Positions 62,894 to 64,000 of a stretch of DNA of 64,000 nucleotides are shown in pieces. Position 1 is the stretch's first letter. Each line of letters begins with the position of its first letter. Below the pieces are notes generated by a model that was given only the letters and a program-made list of their open reading frames with translations, did not search any database and had not been told where the DNA came from. The stretch lies in IMG/VR virus record IMGVR_UViG_3300050343_000150, positions 1 through 64,000 of that record; one strand, given 5' to 3'. This DNA comes from a virus. The translations under genes were made by a program, and so were the position numbers.

Positions 62894-64000
62894 TTATACA
62901 ACGCTCCCGGATATTTATCTTCGACCCATTTCTTGACAGGCATAGATTCTTCAGTATGTGTTAAATTAAATACATCACTATCACTTAGTCGATAAGTTGT
63001 AGAGTCAACACGTGCTAGAGTATGAATCATTGATTTAGCCACTACATCATTCTTCAATATCATTGCCCTTGCTGCTATTTGGTCGCCAATACTAGAATTA
63101 CCATGTAAATTATCTATACAGAAAGGCCCAAGATATTCGAACCCTCCACCATATGCATTACCTTCCTTACCTATCACGAATACAACTTTAACACTTTGAT
63201 GTCTAGAATCAGGAGAAGAAGGATAAACAATCCAGTCTCCTAACTTCCCTCTTACTAACATTGAGAAATCATAGGTTTTAGATATTGTAAGTTTACTAAA
63301 GTACTTAGAAAGCCACTTTTTATTACGTATTAAAAATAACTCTTTATGAGAATCATCTAATTCTACCAATAGTTCTTTGGCTCTAGTTTCCACCATCTTA
63401 GATGTTCTATTTTGTTTCAACCATGCTGTCATTAATGTAAGTTCGGAATCACTAGGTTCTGATTTCATTATGTTAGTCCACAATTTTTTAGGAGAAATAT
63501 TAGCCCACTTAGTAGACCTTGATTTATTATATCGGTAACTATCAATCAAGGTGTTGACATCTTTAATGTTTATACTTCCCCAAATACCATCACATAATTC
63601 TAGGGCGACTTCTTTTTTACTGATAGCAGTTAAATTAATCCTAACAGATATCTTCTGCCCCATTTCATAAAAATGATATGGCATTCTGTTCTCTAATGCA
63701 TACATTACATTTTCAGGATAATTTATACATCGGTCTATGTAATTATTCATAGCAACAGCACTTCTGTTATTTGCACCAAACATAATTATCTTTGATAGTG
63801 CAGAAACAATATCCTTCATGTTCTTATGCACCCCATTCATATGATATCTAGACGAATCTTTTCTTAATAGAATAGAACTATCACCATCATTGTACCTAAA
63901 GGTAACATATGTAATAAATTCATCATTATCGCTAGTCCACATAGTTGTAAAAAATGTTTTTTTAACAACATTAGAGAACTCTACTAATAGTGGGTCATCG
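62890..64000 (-). CDS. Hypothetical protein (5' end outside window)
   Basis: Frame stays open upstream of ATG 63942 to the window edge; C-terminal FCIDNLH...GDQIAARAMILKND. Confidence 0.65.
   Translation of the reverse strand, partial: DDPLLVEFSNVVKKTFFTTMWTSDNDEFITYVTFRYNDGDSSILLRKDSSRYHMNGVHKNMKDIVSALSKIIMFGANNRSAVAMNNYIDRCINYPENVMYALENRMPYHFYEMGQKISVRINLTAISKKEVALELCDGIWGSINIKDVNTLIDSYRYNKSRSTKWANISPKKLWTNIMKSEPSDSELTLMTAWLKQNRTSKMVETRAKELLVELDDSHKELFLIRNKKWLSKYFSKLTISKTYDFSMLVRGKLGDWIVYPSSPDSRHQSVKVVFVIGKEGNAYGGGFEYLGPFCIDNLHGNSSIGDQIAARAMILKNDVVAKSMIHTLARVDSTTYRLSDSDVFNLTHTEESMPVKKWVEDKYPGALYK

Larger units (their letters stand above)
1..64000. mobile_element. Archaeal tailed virus genome segment (magrovirus-like, probably siphovirus-type tail)
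   Basis: Prohead protease-MCP-neck-tail tube-chaperone-tape measure-fibre order on +; archaeal-type PolB/PCNA/RFC/primase/MCM/TFB on -; GGTGA Shine-Dalgarno motifs; no host housekeeping genes; no tail sheath recognised. Confidence 0.9.

Overview
This is an AT-rich, gene-dense segment of a tailed (Caudoviricetes) dsDNA virus of archaea. By gene content it most resembles the magroviruses infecting Marine Group II/Poseidoniales; that assignment is recognition, not a database result. There are two convergent arms. The + strand (1-41283) is virion morphogenesis: a ligase-domain protein, HK97-type prohead protease/scaffold, major capsid protein, head-tail connectors, tail tube, a tail chaperone with a G-GGA-AAC -1 frameshift site, tape measure, tail-tip proteins and two giant modular fibres. 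The - strand (41433-64000) is an archaeal-type replication/early arm: split PolB, PCNA, RFC, fused primase, MCM-like helicase, OB-fold SSB, ERCC4 and Cas4-like nucleases, a second ATP-dependent ligase, PC4 and TFB. GGTGA/GGAGG ribosome-binding sites support an archaeal host. Clustered frameshifts in essential genes look like long-read indel errors. The most striking element is a tightly coupled five-gene cassette between the capsid and neck genes: two membrane proteins, an intact Arf-like small GTPase, a Zn-binding protein and a Gln-rich amphipathic protein. It is a candidate viral membrane-remodelling or egress system. Also notable are a ThiF/E1 plus JAB pair (possible viral ubiquitin-like conjugation system) and a head-module DNA ligase fused to a degenerate LigD-phosphoesterase-like domain. 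No rRNA, tRNA or CRISPR array was seen.
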